From: Diadema antillarum
Taxonomy: Eukaryota
Direction of reading: 5' to 3'
Assembly: GCF_040938485.1 (NCBI RefSeq)
Contig: NW_027271384.1
Span: forward strand, 3,534,001 to 3,598,000
Length of the DNA stretch: 64,000 nucleotides
Shown here: positions 50,201-63,199 of the stretch, piece by piece
Numbering within the stretch: position 1 is the first letter of the stretch
Layout of the letters: the number at the start of each line of letters is the position of its first letter
Translations under genes and position numbers: made by a program
Notes under the pieces: generated by a model
Seen by the model: the letters and a program-made list of their open reading frames with translations, nothing else
Databases searched by the model: none
What the model was told of the DNA's origin: nothing

Positions 50201-53200
50201 TAGTAGATATATCTGAGGAGATCCCCATAGTTTTAAAGTCTGTACTAATTCCCTTGGTGAACATTTCAGTTGTCAACCCTGCTGTAGATTTTAAACTACT
50301 AATGTCGGTAGCCACTTCCTCTGTTGATTCATCTGGTACAACAGTTGTTTTTACATCTGTAGTGATTTCATCTGTAATCTGTTCTTGAGTCATAGTCATT
50401 GTGAGTGTGCTAGGATCTACTTTTAACATTGATGTTAATCCTTCAGTAGATTCATCCACAACTGTAGATACATTTGTAGTAAAGCTATCTGTTGCTAATT
50501 TTGTAGTGGACACACCTGTAGCTAAATTTGTTGAACCCATCAGAGTAGTTTCAATAATTGCTCTGTCTGTAGACATATCTGTGGTAAGATAAGTAGTAGT
50601 AAACTCTGTAGATTGACTTTCAGTGGGCACACCTGTACTTAATGCTTTGGATGATGCCTCTTTGGACATATCTGTTGTAGACAGAAGGTCACTAATGGCA
50701 ATGCTAGTTTGCAAAGTAGTTATTTGATTAGTTGATACAGGTGAACTGAATTCTATAGTAGATATATCTGAGGAGAACCCCTTAGTTGGAAAGTCTGTAC
50801 TAATTCCCTTGGTGAACATTTCAGTTGTGAACCCTGCTGTAGATTTTAAACGACTAATGTCGGTTGACACTTTTGTGGATTCATCTGGTACAATAGTTGT
50901 TTTTACATCTGTAGTGATTTCATCTGTAATCTGTTCTTGAGTCAGAGTCATTGTGAGTGTGCTAGGATCTACTTTTAACATTGATGTTAATCCTTCAGTA
51001 GATTCATCCACAACTGTAGATACATTTGTAGTAAAGCTATCTGTTGCTAATTTTGTAGTGGACACACCTGTAGCTAAATTTGTTGAACCCATCAGAGTAG
51101 TTTCAATAATTGCTCTGTCTGTAGACATATCTGTGGTAAGATAAGTAGTAGTCAACTCTACAGATCGACTTTCAGTAAGCATATCTGTACTTAATGCCTT
51201 AGATGATACCTCTTTGGCCATACCTGTTGTAGATAAAAGGTCAGTAATGCCATCAGTCGATATTTCAATGCTTTGACCTTCAGTAAATCTATCTGAAGTA
51301 TGTCCATCACTAAAATTATCTGTAGACATTTCTGTAGTAATATTTTCTGAAAGTATGTCTGTGACCTTTTCACTTGTGAGTTCCTCAGTAGAGATAAGTG
51401 AATTCATATCTACAGTAGAAGTAAATTCTGTACTGCTAGTTTGTAAAGTAGTCAATTGATTACTTGACACAGAAGAACTAAATTCGGGAGTAGATATATC
51501 TGAGGAGAGCCCTTCAGTTGGGAAGTCTGTACTAGTTACACTAGCCACCATTTCCGTGGTCAACCCTGCAATAGATTTTAAACTACTACTGTCGGTAACC
51601 ATTTCCTCTGTGGATTCATCTGGTACAACAGTTGTTTTTACATCTGTAGTGATTTCATCTGTAATCTGTTCTTGAGTCACAGTCACTGTGAGTGTACTTA
51701 CATCTGCTTTTAACATTGACGTTAATCCTTCAGTAGATTCATCCACAACTGTAGATACATCTGTAGTAAGGCTATCTGATGCTAATTTCACAGTGGACAT
51801 ATATGTAGCTAAATCTGTTACAGGCTCTTGTGTTTGTGAACTAACATCCCCTACAGTAGTTTCAATAATTGCTCTGTCAGTAGACATATCTGTGGTAAGA
51901 TAAGTAGTAGTCGACTCTGTGGATCGACTTTCAGTGGGCACATCTGTACTTAATGCCTTGGATGATGCCTCTTTGGACATATCTGTCGTAGACAGAAGGT
52001 CATTAATGACATCGCTAGTTGTTGTTATTCCTTCAGTGGATTCATCTATACCTGTAGATAGATCTGTACTAAGGCTATCTGTTGCTAATTTCATTGTAGA
52101 CATATCTGTAGATAAATTTGTTACGGACTGTTGCGTTTGTGAACTAACAACCTTAGCAGTAGTTTCAATAATTGCTCTGTCCGTAGACATATTTGTGGTA
52201 AGATTAGTAGTAGTCAACTCTGTAGATCTACTTCCAGTGGGCACATCTGTACTTAATGCTTTGGATGATGCCTCTTTGGACATATCTGTTGTAGACAGAA
52301 GGTCACTAATGGCATCGCTAGTTTGCAAGGTAGTCAATTGATTAGTTGATACAGATGAACTGAATTCTGAGGTAGATATATCTGAGGAGAGCTCTTCAGT
52401 TGGAAAGTCTGTACCAATTCCTTTTGAAAACATTTCAGTTGTGAACCCTGCTGTAGATTTGAAACTACTAATGTCGGTAGCCACTTCCTCTGTTGATTCA
52501 TCTGGTACAACAGTTGCTTTTACATCTGTAGTGATTTCATCTGTAATCTGTTCTTGAGTTATAGTCATTATGAGTGTACTAAAATCTATCTTCAACATTG
52601 ATGTTGTTAATCCTTCAGTAGATTCATCCACAACTGTAGACAGATCTGTAGTAAAGCTATCTGTTGCCAATTTCACAGTGGACATACCTGTAGCTAAATT
52701 TGTTGCAGACTCTTGCGTTTGTGAACTAACATCCTCTACAGCAGTTTCGGTAATTGCTCTGTCAGTAGACATACCTGTGGCAATATTAGTAGTAGCCAAC
52801 TCAATAGATCGACTTTCAGTAAGCACATTTGTACTTAACGCCATGGAAGATACCTCTTTGGCCATGGCTGTTGTAGACATAGGGTCAGTAATGCCACTGG
52901 TCGACATTTCGGTACTAACATCTTCAGTAAACATATCTGAAGTACGTCCCTCGCTAACTATTCCTGTGGAAAGTATGTTTGTGGATATGCCTAGGGTTTG
53001 AGCTACTGAAAAAGTAGGATACGTTACATCATAAGTCAACATTTCTGTGGTAGACTGTTTCAAAGACGTATCAAATATATCTGTTGTCAGAACCTCAGTT
53101 GTGAATCTCCTTGTGGACAAATCCATGTCTAAAGACATGGTAGAACTATCTGTGATATCTTTGGCTGTTTGCATTTCTGTTGTCTGAACTTCTAATGGTT

Positions 53201-56200
53201 CATCGGAGGTAAGCTCTGCACTCGGCATGCCTATACTGATGTCTATTGTAGTCCTAAGTGTACTAAATTCACTGGCAGAAAATTCTGTACTTGATCCTTG
53301 CGGCAGGTCTGTCATAGATATGTCTGTGACTTGACTCACTGTGGTCAAATCTGAAGTGACTCCTTCAGTTGTCATATCTGTCATTGAGTCAATTACACGG
53401 GTACGCACGTCAGTAACTACTCCTAAAGTTATTCTGTCAGTATATTCATCTGTGGATACTTCTGATGGAAGATCTGTTTTGATATCTGTAGAAAACACAT
53501 CAGTAGACAAATCAGTTACAGACATCAGTGTGGTATCAGTCGACTTATCACGCATGATATCAGTAGGCATAACTGTCGTTTCCCCATCAGTGCTCATACC
53601 TGATGAAAAGCTCTTCATGGTAAAATCCTTGCTGGTGTCCAGAGTGGATAATACACTGGTTGCCTCTGCACCAGTCCTATCTGTAGAAATGTCCAAAGTA
53701 GACAGAGGCAACTGGGTTTTCAGCGTAGTTAAATAATTTGTGGTTAAATCTAGAGTCAGATCAGTAATTGATGGGGAAGAGACTATGTAAGTGCTTCTTC
53801 TTGGGGTAACATCAGGACTTGAGTCAGTTACAGAGGATGTCATTTGGCCGGGAAACGATTCTGTAGAAAACTCTGTGCTTTGGTATGGTATATATTCTGT
53901 GGTAGAATCAGTGGTAAGGTCAGACGCTGCCTCTGTAGTAATGTCAGTGGCTGCATCGGTGGTAAGTTTCTCGGTAAAGTTAGTTGTACCATCTCCAAGT
54001 TCTGCTGTAGTAAGCTCAGCAGTTTGAACAGTTTGTAAACCTGTGGTGAAATCTGTTGTTACTTTTCCATCAGTAGTTAATTCAGAAGTGACATATGTAG
54101 TAGAAAAGTTAGAAGGAACATCAGACATGACATCAACAGTGGTAAACTCAGATGTAGCAATAGCTGTAGAAATATAATGAGTTACATCAGCAGTGATGAA
54201 ATCAGTGTTGATACCTTCAGTAATAAAATCAGTAGTGATGCCAGCCGTGGTAAGATCAGTGGTCACATCAGCAGTAGTGAAATCAGTAGTTATACCAGCA
54301 GTGGCAGAATCAGTAGTGATCTCAGCAGTAATCGAATTACTAGTAATGTCAGAGGTGGTAGAATTACTAGTAATGTCAGAGGTGGTAAAATCAGGAGTGA
54401 CGTTAGCAGTGGTAGAGTCAGTAGTAAGGTCGGCAGTATGAGAATCAGTGGTGACACCAGCAGAAGTAATATCAGCAGTTACATCTGCAGTGGTGAACTC
54501 TGTAGTTATACCAGCAGTGGTAGAATCGGTAGTTACATCACCAGTAGTGGTGAAATCAGAAGAGATTTTCAAAGTTGAGTCAGAAGTGATGTCGACAGTG
54601 GTTGAATCAATTTTGACACCAGTAGTGGTAAAGTCAGTAGTAATATCAGCAGTGGTAATATCTGTGGTGACATCAGCGGTAGTAAAATCTGTAGTAATGT
54701 TGGCAGCAGTAAAATCAGTGGAGAGACCTACAGTGGTTAAATCAGTAGTTACATCTACTGTGGTAAAATCAGTCGTAACGTCAGCAGTAGTAAAAGCTAT
54801 GGTGACATCAGCAGTGGTGAAACTAGTAGTTCTATCAGCTGTGGTAAAATCAGAAGTGATACCAGAAGTGGTAACATCAGAAGTTATATCTGCAGTGGTA
54901 AAATCTGTGGTGATTTCAGCAGTGGTAAATTTAGTTGTAATATCACCAGTTGTAAAATCAAAAGTGACACCAGCCGTGGTGGAAACTGTAGTTCTTTCAG
55001 CTAAGGTAAAATCAGTACTGATACCAGAAGTGGTAAAGTCAGAAATTATGTCAGCAGTAGTAAAATCTGTGGTGATTTCAGACGTAGTGGAGTCTGTGGA
55101 GATGTCAGCTGTGGTAAACTTAGTTGTGATGTCAGCAGTGGTGAAGTCAGTTCTTATATCAGGTGTGGTAAATTCAGTGGTAATGTCAGGAGTAGTAAAA
55201 TCAGTCGCCAAACCAGCAGTGGTGAAATCAGTAGTGATTTCAGCAGTGGTAAATTCAGTGGTAATGTCAGGAGTGGTAAAATCAGTTGTCAAACTAGCAG
55301 TGGTAAAATCAGTAGTGATTTCAGCAGTGGTAAAATCTGTGGTGATTTCAGATGTGGTGGAGATGTCAGCTGTGGTAAATTTTGTAGTACTGTCAGAAGT
55401 GGTGAAGTCAGTAGTTACATCATATGTGGTAAATTCAGTGGTAATGTCAGGAGTAGTAAAATCAGTCGTCAAACTAGAAGTGGTAAAATCAGTAGTGATT
55501 TCAGCAGTGGTAAAATCTGTGGTGATTTCAGATGTGGTGGAGTCTGTGGAGATGTCAACTGTGGTAAATTTTGTCGTGATGTCAGCAGTGGTGAAGTCAG
55601 AAGTGATTTCAGCAGTGGTAAATTCAGTTGTAATGTCAGGAGTAGTAAAATCAGTCGTCAAACCAGCAGTGGTAAAATCTGTAGTGATTTCAGCAGTGGT
55701 ATATTCACTTGTAATGTCAGGAGTAGTAAAATCAGTCGTCAAACCAACAGTAGTAAAATCAGTAGTGATTTCAGCAGTGGTAAATTCAGTGGTAATGTCA
55801 GGAGTAGTAAAATCAGTCGTCAAACCAGCAGTGGTAAAATCAGTAGTGATTTCAGCAGTGGTAAATTCAGTGGTAATGTCAGGAGTAGTAAAATCAGTCG
55901 TCAAACCAGCAGTGGTAAATTCAGTAGTGATTTCAGCAGTGGTAATGTCAGGAGTAGTAAAATCAGTCGTCAAACCAGCAGTGGTGAAATCAGTAGTGAT
56001 TTCAGCAGTGGTAAATTCAGTGGTAATGTCAGGAGTAGTAAAACCAGTCGTCAAACCAGCAGTGGTAAAATCAGGAGTGATTTCAGCAGTGGTAAATTCA
56101 GTGGTAATGTCAGGAGTAGCAAAATCAGTCGTCAAACCAGCAGTGGTAAATTCAGTAGTGATTTCAGCAGTGGTAAATTCAGTGGTAATGTCAGGAGTAG

Positions 56201-59077
56201 TAAAATCAGTCGTCAAACCAGCAGTGGTAAAATCAGTAGTGATTTCAGCGGTGGTAAATTCAGTGGTAATGTCAGGAGTAGTAAAATCAGTCGTCAAACC
56301 AGCAGTGGTAAAATCAGTAGTGATTTCAGCAGTGGTAAATTCAGTGGTAATGTCAGGAGTAGAAAAATCAGTCGTCAAACCAGCAGTGGTAAAATCAGTA
56401 GTGATTTCAGCAGTGGTTAAGTCAGGAGTAGTAAAATCAGTCGTCAAACCAGCAGTGGTAAAATCAGGAGTGATTTCAGCAGTGGTAAATTCAGTGGTAA
56501 TGTCAGGAGTAGTAAAATCAGTCGTCAAACCAGCAGTGGTAAATTCAGTAGTGATTTCAGCAGTGGTAAATTCAGTGATAATGTCAGGAGTAGTAAAATC
56601 AGTCGTCAAACCAGCAGTGGTAAAATCAGTAGTGATTTCAGCGGTGGTAAATTCAGTGGTAATGTCAGGAGTAGTAAAATCAGTCGTCAAACCAGCAGTG
56701 GTAAAATCAGTAGTGATTTCAGCAGTGGTAAAGTCACGAGTAGTAAAATCAGTCGTCAAACCAGCAGTGGTAAAATCAGGAGTGATTTCAGCAGTGGTAA
56801 ATTCAGTGGTAATGTCAGGAGTAGTAAAATCAGTCGTCAAACCAGCAGTGGTTAAATCAGTAGTGATTTCAGCAGTGGTAAATTCAGTGGTAATGTCAGG
56901 AGTAGTAAAATCAGTCGTCAAACCAGCAGTGGTAAAATCAGAAGTGATTTCAGCAGTGGTATATTCAGTTGTAATGTCAGGAGTAGTAAAATCAGTCGTC
57001 AATCCAGCAGTGGTAAAATCAGTAGTGATTTCAGCAGTGGTAAATTCAGTGGTAATGTCAGGAGTAGTAAAATCAGTCGTCAAACCAGCAGTGGTTAAAT
57101 CAGTAGTGATTTCAGCAGTGGTAAATTCAGTGGTAATGTCAGGAGTAGTAAAATCAGTCGTCAAACCAGCAGTGGTAAAATCAGTAGTGATTTCAGCAGT
57201 GGTAAATTCAGTGGTAATGTCAGGAGTAGTAAAATCAGTCGTCAATCCAGCAGTGGTAAAATCAGTAGTGATTTCAGCAGTGGTAAACTCAGTGGTAATG
57301 TCAGGAGTAGTAAAATCAGTCGTCAAACCAGCAGTGGTTAAATCAGTAGTGATTTCAGCAGTGGTAAATTCAGTGGTAATGTCAGTAGTAGTAAAATCAG
57401 TCGTCAATCCAACAGTGGTAAAATCAGTAGTGATTTCAGCAGTGGTAAATTCAGTGGTAATGTCACGAGTAGTAAAATCAGTCGTCAATCCAGCAGTGGT
57501 AAAATCAGTAGTGATTTCAGCAGTGGCAAATTCAGTGGAAATGTCAGGAGTAGCAAAATCAGTCGTCAAACCAGCAGTGGTAAAATCAGTAGTGATTTCA
57601 GCAGTGGTAAATTCAGTGGTAATGTCAGGAGTAGTAAAATCAGTCGTCAAACCAGCAGTGGTAAAATCAGTAGTGATTTCAGCAGTGGTAAATTCAGTGG
57701 TAATGTCAGGAGTAGTAAAATCAGTCGTCAAACCAGCAGTGGTAAAATCAGTAGTGATTTCAGCAGTGGTAAATTCAGTGGTAATGTCAGAAGTAGTAAA
57801 ATCAGTCATCAAACCAGCAGTAGTAAAATCAGTAGTGATTTCAGCAGTGGTAAACTCAGTGGTAATGTCAGGAGTAGTAAAATCAGTCGTCAAACCAGCA
57901 GTGGTTAAATCAGTAGTGATTTCAGCAGTGGTAAATTCAGTGGTAATGTCAGGAGTAGTAAAATCAGTCGTCAAACCAGCAGTGGTAAATTCAGTAGTGA
58001 TTTCAGCAGTGGTAAATTCAGTGGTAATGTCAGGAGTAGTAAAATCAGTCGTCAATCCAGCAGTGGTAAAATCAGTAGTGATTTCAGCAGTGGTAAATTC
58101 AGTGGTAATGTCGGGAGTAGTAAAATCAGTCGTCAAACCAGCAGTGGTAAAATCAGTAGTGATTTCAGCAGTGGTATATTCAGTGGTAATGTCAGGAGTA
58201 GTAAAATCAGTCGTCAAACCTGCAGTAGTAAAATCAGTAGTGATTTCAGCAGTGGTAAATTCAGTGGTAATGTCAGGAGTAGTAAAATCAGTCGTCAAAC
58301 CAGCAGTGGTAAATTCAGTAGTGATTTCAGCAGTGGTAATGTCAGGAGTAGTAAAATCAGTCGTCAAACCAGCAGTGGTAAAATCAGCAGTGATTTCAGC
58401 AGTGGTAAATTCAGTGGTAATGTCAGGAGTAGTAAAACCAGTCGTCAAACCAGCAGTGGTAAAATCAGGAGTGATTTCAGCAGTGGTAAATTCAGTGGTA
58501 ATGTCAGGAGTAGCAAAATCAGTCGTCAAACCAGCAGTGGTAAATTCAGTAGTGATTTCAGCAGTGGTAAATTCAGTGGTAATGTCAGGAGTAGTAAAAT
58601 CAGTCGTCAAACCAGCAGTGGTAAAATCAGTAGTGACTTCAGCGGTGGTAAAATCAGTACTAATGCCAGCAGTAGTAAAACCAGTGGTGAAACCTACAGT
58701 GGTTAAATCAGTAGTTACATCAGCTGTGGTTAAATCTGTAATTAAATCAACAGTGGTAAATTTAGTGGTAATGTCAAGAGTAGTAAAATCAGTCGTCAAA
58801 CCAGCAGTGGTAATATCTCTAGTTATATCAGCGGTTGGATCAGTAGTAATGTCAGGAGTTGTGAAATCAGTAGTTACATCAGCTGTGGTAAAATCAGTGG
58901 TAATATCAGCTGTGGTAAAATCAGTAATTATATCAGATGTGGTAAAATCAGTAGTTATGTCGGTGGTGAAATCAGTTGTAAAGTCTGTGGTAAAATCTGT
59001 CGTGAAGTCAGTGGAAAATATTGTGGTCAGGTCAGTGGTAAAGACTGTTGTTTTAAAATCTGTTGTAAAACCAGGGG
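47282..59077 (-). CDS. Giant single mucin-type exon, 11,796 nt (3,932 codons), Thr/Ser/Asp-rich
   Basis: Acceptor ttttcctcaacAG at 59079-59078, upstream of the annotated 3855-aa ORF and in frame (APGFTTDFKTT...). Donor CAAG/GTAAAT at 47281. Phase 1-1, no stops. Confidence 0.9.
47757..48806 (-). repeat. 10 x 105-nt (35-aa) coding tandem repeat TGVSTSAMLTDRISTDTSTDVLATTDVIQRSTPDK
   Basis: Counted in the translation; nucleotide period confirmed (e.g. 48481 vs 48691 = 2 x 105). Confidence 0.95.
49950..52950 (-). repeat. Large imperfect coding repeats (four QEQITDEITTDVK-containing units; one 552-nt near-exact duplication)
   Basis: Anchor CTGTAATCTGTTCTTG at 50372, 50924, 51659 and 52541 (spacings 552, 735, 882). 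Confidence 0.9.
55600..58800 (-). repeat. About 39 x 81-nt (27-aa) higher-order coding repeat TTAGLTTDF-TTPDITTEF-TTAEITTDF
   Basis: 81-nt unit made of three 27-nt subunits, highly homogeneous; degenerate 9-aa units extend to about 54050 and 59070. Confidence 0.95.
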
Positions 59078-60532
59078 CTGTTGAGGAAAATGGATATGAA
59101 AAATTGATTCTTTGGTTTATGGCTATGAATCAATGACAACATGAACATCAATTTCCAACTTCAAATTTATAGAGAATGCTGAAAATGTAATGAATGCTGG
59201 ATACTTTCAGTAAAAACAGCAAAGCAGCTTGATGTTTGCAGAAACCATGTCTAATCTAAACTGTCCAAGCATATTAACAGCTATACAGAACTTTTAGCAT
59301 ATAAATGGGCAAGTACATATACTTACAAGCAGGTAACCATACTGCTTCCCCTTCACAAATTTGCAACCTTAATTCACCGCACCAGCAACAAGTATTCCAT
59401 GACAAGGCATACATCTTACATTTAAAAGGAAACTACCACAAAAAGCACAGTCTAAGCAGGCACTCACCATTTACTATATCATTTTATTGCTTGTGAAATA
59501 TAGATTGCACTTTGTGCATATAAATTCTCCATTAATGAAAAAAATCTGCCTACTATGGCACTGTTTAGTGTTAATACAGTGATATATGTTTGCCCTGGAA
59601 GAAAGTGTGTTTCACTGATTACATTCAACATGAACTTTTGACATTCAAAGTTTTAAAATACATCACTGTAAAATGCACAATTTGTTGTGATGCATGGCTA
59701 CCAGGGACAGTTTGGAATTTTGAATATCAATATTTGCTTTTGGTTGCCAAGGAAAACATACTGCATGACGCATAAATCAATGGTGATGCTTTTGTTGCAG
59801 TTTTTTTGGTGTGTTTTTGTTCTTTTTTGTTTGTTTTTTCTTTTTGGTGACAAAGTGGGTGATAATGATTAAAAAAAGACTGTGTGTGGAAGGTAAAATA
59901 TGCACACAAAAAAAGAAGAAAAATTCACACACACACAAGATTCCTCAAAACACTGGCTAGAAGAAAATAATTTAGAACAAAAAATCTTTTTGGTGACTCA
60001 TACAGCAATTTAATATGATATGAACAGATGAGCATTCTCCTTTTTCATTATGACACAATGACATTCAGCCAGATTGTCACCATGAAGAATGATACCAAAA
60101 GTAAAACTGAGGTAAATGAAACACACATGAAATCCTTGTTATTGTTGCTTTGTAACTATGCATAATAGGCGATTTATGCTGTGGCAAAGATGTCAAAAAT
60201 AATTCCTTAATATGAAAAAAAAAAACTAAAAAACCCTGAAACATTTGCATAAAAGACAGCTGCTTGTAGGCAAGGCATTTCTGGTTGAGAGAAGCACAGC
60301 ACGCTAAGCTTTTGTAAAAGGCCCATTCACCCAAAGCAAACTATGAAAATGAAGGAGTTCTCATAACAGAACTCTCTTTTTTTGCATACAAGAAGAAACT
60401 ACTTCATCTAGGAAACTGATTCTAGCTAGAAAAATAACCACAGCACCAATGCAGTCGATGACAACCAATATGATAACCATGCTTGCAACTATTGCTACCT
60501 TGGGCGATTTGCGGCAAGTGTGACCGACTTAC

Positions 60533-60568
60533 CTGTTGTGATCATCGGTGTGGTGGGAATCTCAGTGA
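60533..60568 (-). CDS. 36-nt linker micro-exon (VTEIPTTPMITT)
   Basis: ttttccAG / GTAAGT; phase 1-1, linking the EGF exon to the giant exon. Confidence 0.8.
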
Positions 60569-61094
60569 CTGGAAAATTTGACGAAGACAAAAGAATGAGG
60601 TCATTACAATTCTGTTGGTCAAACACAGTTTTTAGGATCCCCTGTAATGTAATGAAAGGGAACAGCCATGATCTGTTTCTCTGTCTCAACGCTCAACATT
60701 ATAGACTCTTATGAGTTTTAGCAATGGTTAAAAAATGAAAAGTAACAACAAATGACACTTAAACATGATGAATGATTAAGCTCATCAAGTGTCTTTCTAG
60801 GTACACGTATGTAAAGAAATGAGTAAATTAGCAGAATTTTTGCATTCAATCACAATATTCCTAACTGGCATTATAAATGGGGGTGGGGGTGTAGGGGGTC
60901 AAACAGTAAACATAAACAAAGTGTATCAAACTGATATACTTCTTTTCCTTTTCTGAAATGTAATTTGCTCCTTGGGGGAAGTGAATAACATTGCAATATA
61001 CCTTCTCACAGCAAGGAGCCATAAGCCTCCTTGTCCTCGACTTGCAAATCAGGTTAGTGACCTCTCATAACCGATAAGCCGATCTGTTACTGAC

Positions 61095-61272
61095 CTTCAA
61101 TGCAGTCCAGTCCGGTTCCGATGAAGCCTTCCTCGCAGATGCACTGGCGCTGTCCATCTTCCACTCCACAGTAGGCGTTGGCATCGCAGGTCATGTTCTC
61201 ACACAGTGCTTGGCCACCAAGGGCACAAAGACAGATAATACTGCAATCCTCTGAGACATAGCCCTGCCCAAC
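61095..61272 (-). CDS. TILa/EGF exon
   Basis: VGQGYVSEDCSIICLCALGGQALCENMTCDANAYCGVEDGQRQCICEEGFIGTGLDCIE; 178 nt, phase 0-1. Not in the ORF track. Confidence 0.92.
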
Positions 61273-61786
61273 CTGTTGTTTGGAGAATAAGCTTTATTCT
61301 TTATTTCATCCTTATGAATACAGTTTGATGGACCTTAGTTTTTTAAATCCCAAACTGCATGTATCTTGAAGATTCACAATTAAGAGTATCGATAGGAGTC
61401 TATAGAGTAGTAGATAAAGAAGTAAAAGTTCATTTTCTACCTTCATTGTGTTTTGTTGCTTTTTATTTTACATTATTACCTTCTCCTGAACTCAATAAAG
61501 ACTGAAAGTTTCATGCACATGATACTTGCGCAAATTTCGCGAGTAGCCAAGATTCAAACGAGTCAAACGAATGTGAAAGTGTTTGTCTACACACAATACC
61601 TTGCGTGCCTTGGCTATAGTAATACAGTAAAAAGGCTGTTGGCTCTAATTTGCAAAATGTTCATGTCGCGAATGTTTCTGGTTTAACAGTGATGAACCAT
61701 GGTGTTCTCGCCTCCCACACAATCAAACTTAGATATGAATGTATTGGTAAATTAGAAAGTGACTTGATTGTGAACCAATAACTCAC

Positions 61787-61995
61787 AGGTTGGTAGAATT
61801 CCACATCTCCATCAGTGAAGAGACAGCCACACTGGTCCCTCTGCAGGCATTCACCGTCTGCCAGGACAGATCCCTCGGGGCACACGCACCCTTCACTGCA
61901 CTCGCCATCACACAAATCTCCAATGGAGTCTTGGCATGTCTCTGGACACACAGGAGCGCAGGGGGAGTAGACAAAGCCTGTCGGGCACTCAAAAG
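61787..61995 (-). CDS. TIL domain exon
   Basis: FECPTGFVYSPCAPVCPETCQDSIGDLCDGECSEGCVCPEGSVLADGECLQRDQCGCLFTDGDVEFYQP; 209 nt, phase 1-0. Confidence 0.93.
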
Positions 61996-62876
61996 CTGCA
62001 GGGAAAAAAAAAGAAGAAAGCACTACAGGTCAAATTTGGGTGAGAAAAAGGTAGGTACAGTAAATAAGCATTTGACAAAGCAAAATCTGTTCATGCTGTG
62101 TATTTGCAACATGAGTTCCACGATGTAAAGTTTGCTTTGAGTAACATTCTTCTCAAGCATGCGAGACATTAAAATATGGACTGTCATGGTAACAAATAAA
62201 AAAATGTCTATGATCATCCCTGAGAAAAAATGAAAAAAAAATATATATATAACTAGAAGAGCACTCAGAAAGTGCAGATCACCACCAAGTGGCTCAGTTC
62301 CACTCATGCACACATGCTGAAAACTGTGCCATTTCCCTATGATAAAGAAGCCTTTCTAGCATTCTACATGTAGCATTGATTTCTAGTGTGAGTCTACCAC
62401 AGCTTCCTGCACTGCTGCACTCTGTGTGCATATCCACATCTCAAATAAGCACAGCTTGAACTCCCTCCTTCGTTGGCCCTAGTATATTTGCAAATGATAA
62501 TCTTTCAAAATATATATTTTTTTTAATTCCTTGATTAAGACTGTAATCCACATCGCTACAAAATCTAATAATCTGTTCCTTGTGTCATTACCAACTTATC
62601 CTGAAAACTTCATCCAAATCCTTTCATGACTATTTGAGTTATTTTGCAAACAGAAAAAAAAAAACCAAACAATGCCGGCAAAAACACAACCTCCTTGATG
62701 AAGGCAAATATATTTCTGTGTGTGTGCGTATGTGTGTGTGTGTGTGTGTGTGTGTGCATGTGTGTGTGCAAGATATCAAACCCAGCATTCCTTCATTGTA
62801 ACTAACAAGCCTTTACAGACCAATATAGACTACTGCAAGATATTAAAACTGAGAGTAGTAGGCATCAAGAACTTAC

Positions 62877-63056
62877 GACAGAAGCCTTCCGAGCGCCACT
62901 GCTCAGGCGGGTAGCCGAGGCTAGTGCATCGGTCAGCATAGAAACTAGCGTCGTCGCACACCACAGTGTCGTTTGGTGATGTCGCACAGGCATCGTATGA
63001 ACAGTACTCGAAGAAAGGTGTGGGGTCAAGGTATGGATGGCATGATGCGAATGGAC
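62877..63056 (-). CDS. C8 domain exon
   Basis: GPFASCHPYLDPTPFFEYCSYDACATSPNDTVVCDDASFYADRCTSLGYPPEQWRSEGFC; 180 nt, phase 1-1. Confidence 0.93.
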
Positions 63057-63199
63057 CTAAGAACATCAAGAGAAAGACAATGCAAGGATGTAATCACAAT
63101 CAATGGAAGACAAAGCACATGGCACAAAACTAATCTTGACCATTTTTGGGCATACTTCGGGCAAAGGAGATGGAAGGCATAGGGCAAGGAGAAGCTTAC

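Noticed and set aside
55600-58800. Possible CRISPR-like array
   Set aside because: Contiguous coding tandem repeat with no unique spacers, in a eukaryotic spliced gene with no cas genes
54448-59136. 1562-aa plus-strand Val/Ser-rich ORF (also 47287-49284 and other plus ORFs in 49.6-54.6 kb)
   Set aside because: Antisense shadow of the Thr-rich repeat, which happens to lack stops in the reverse frame. It has no splice or domain support, and the minus frame joins the gene.
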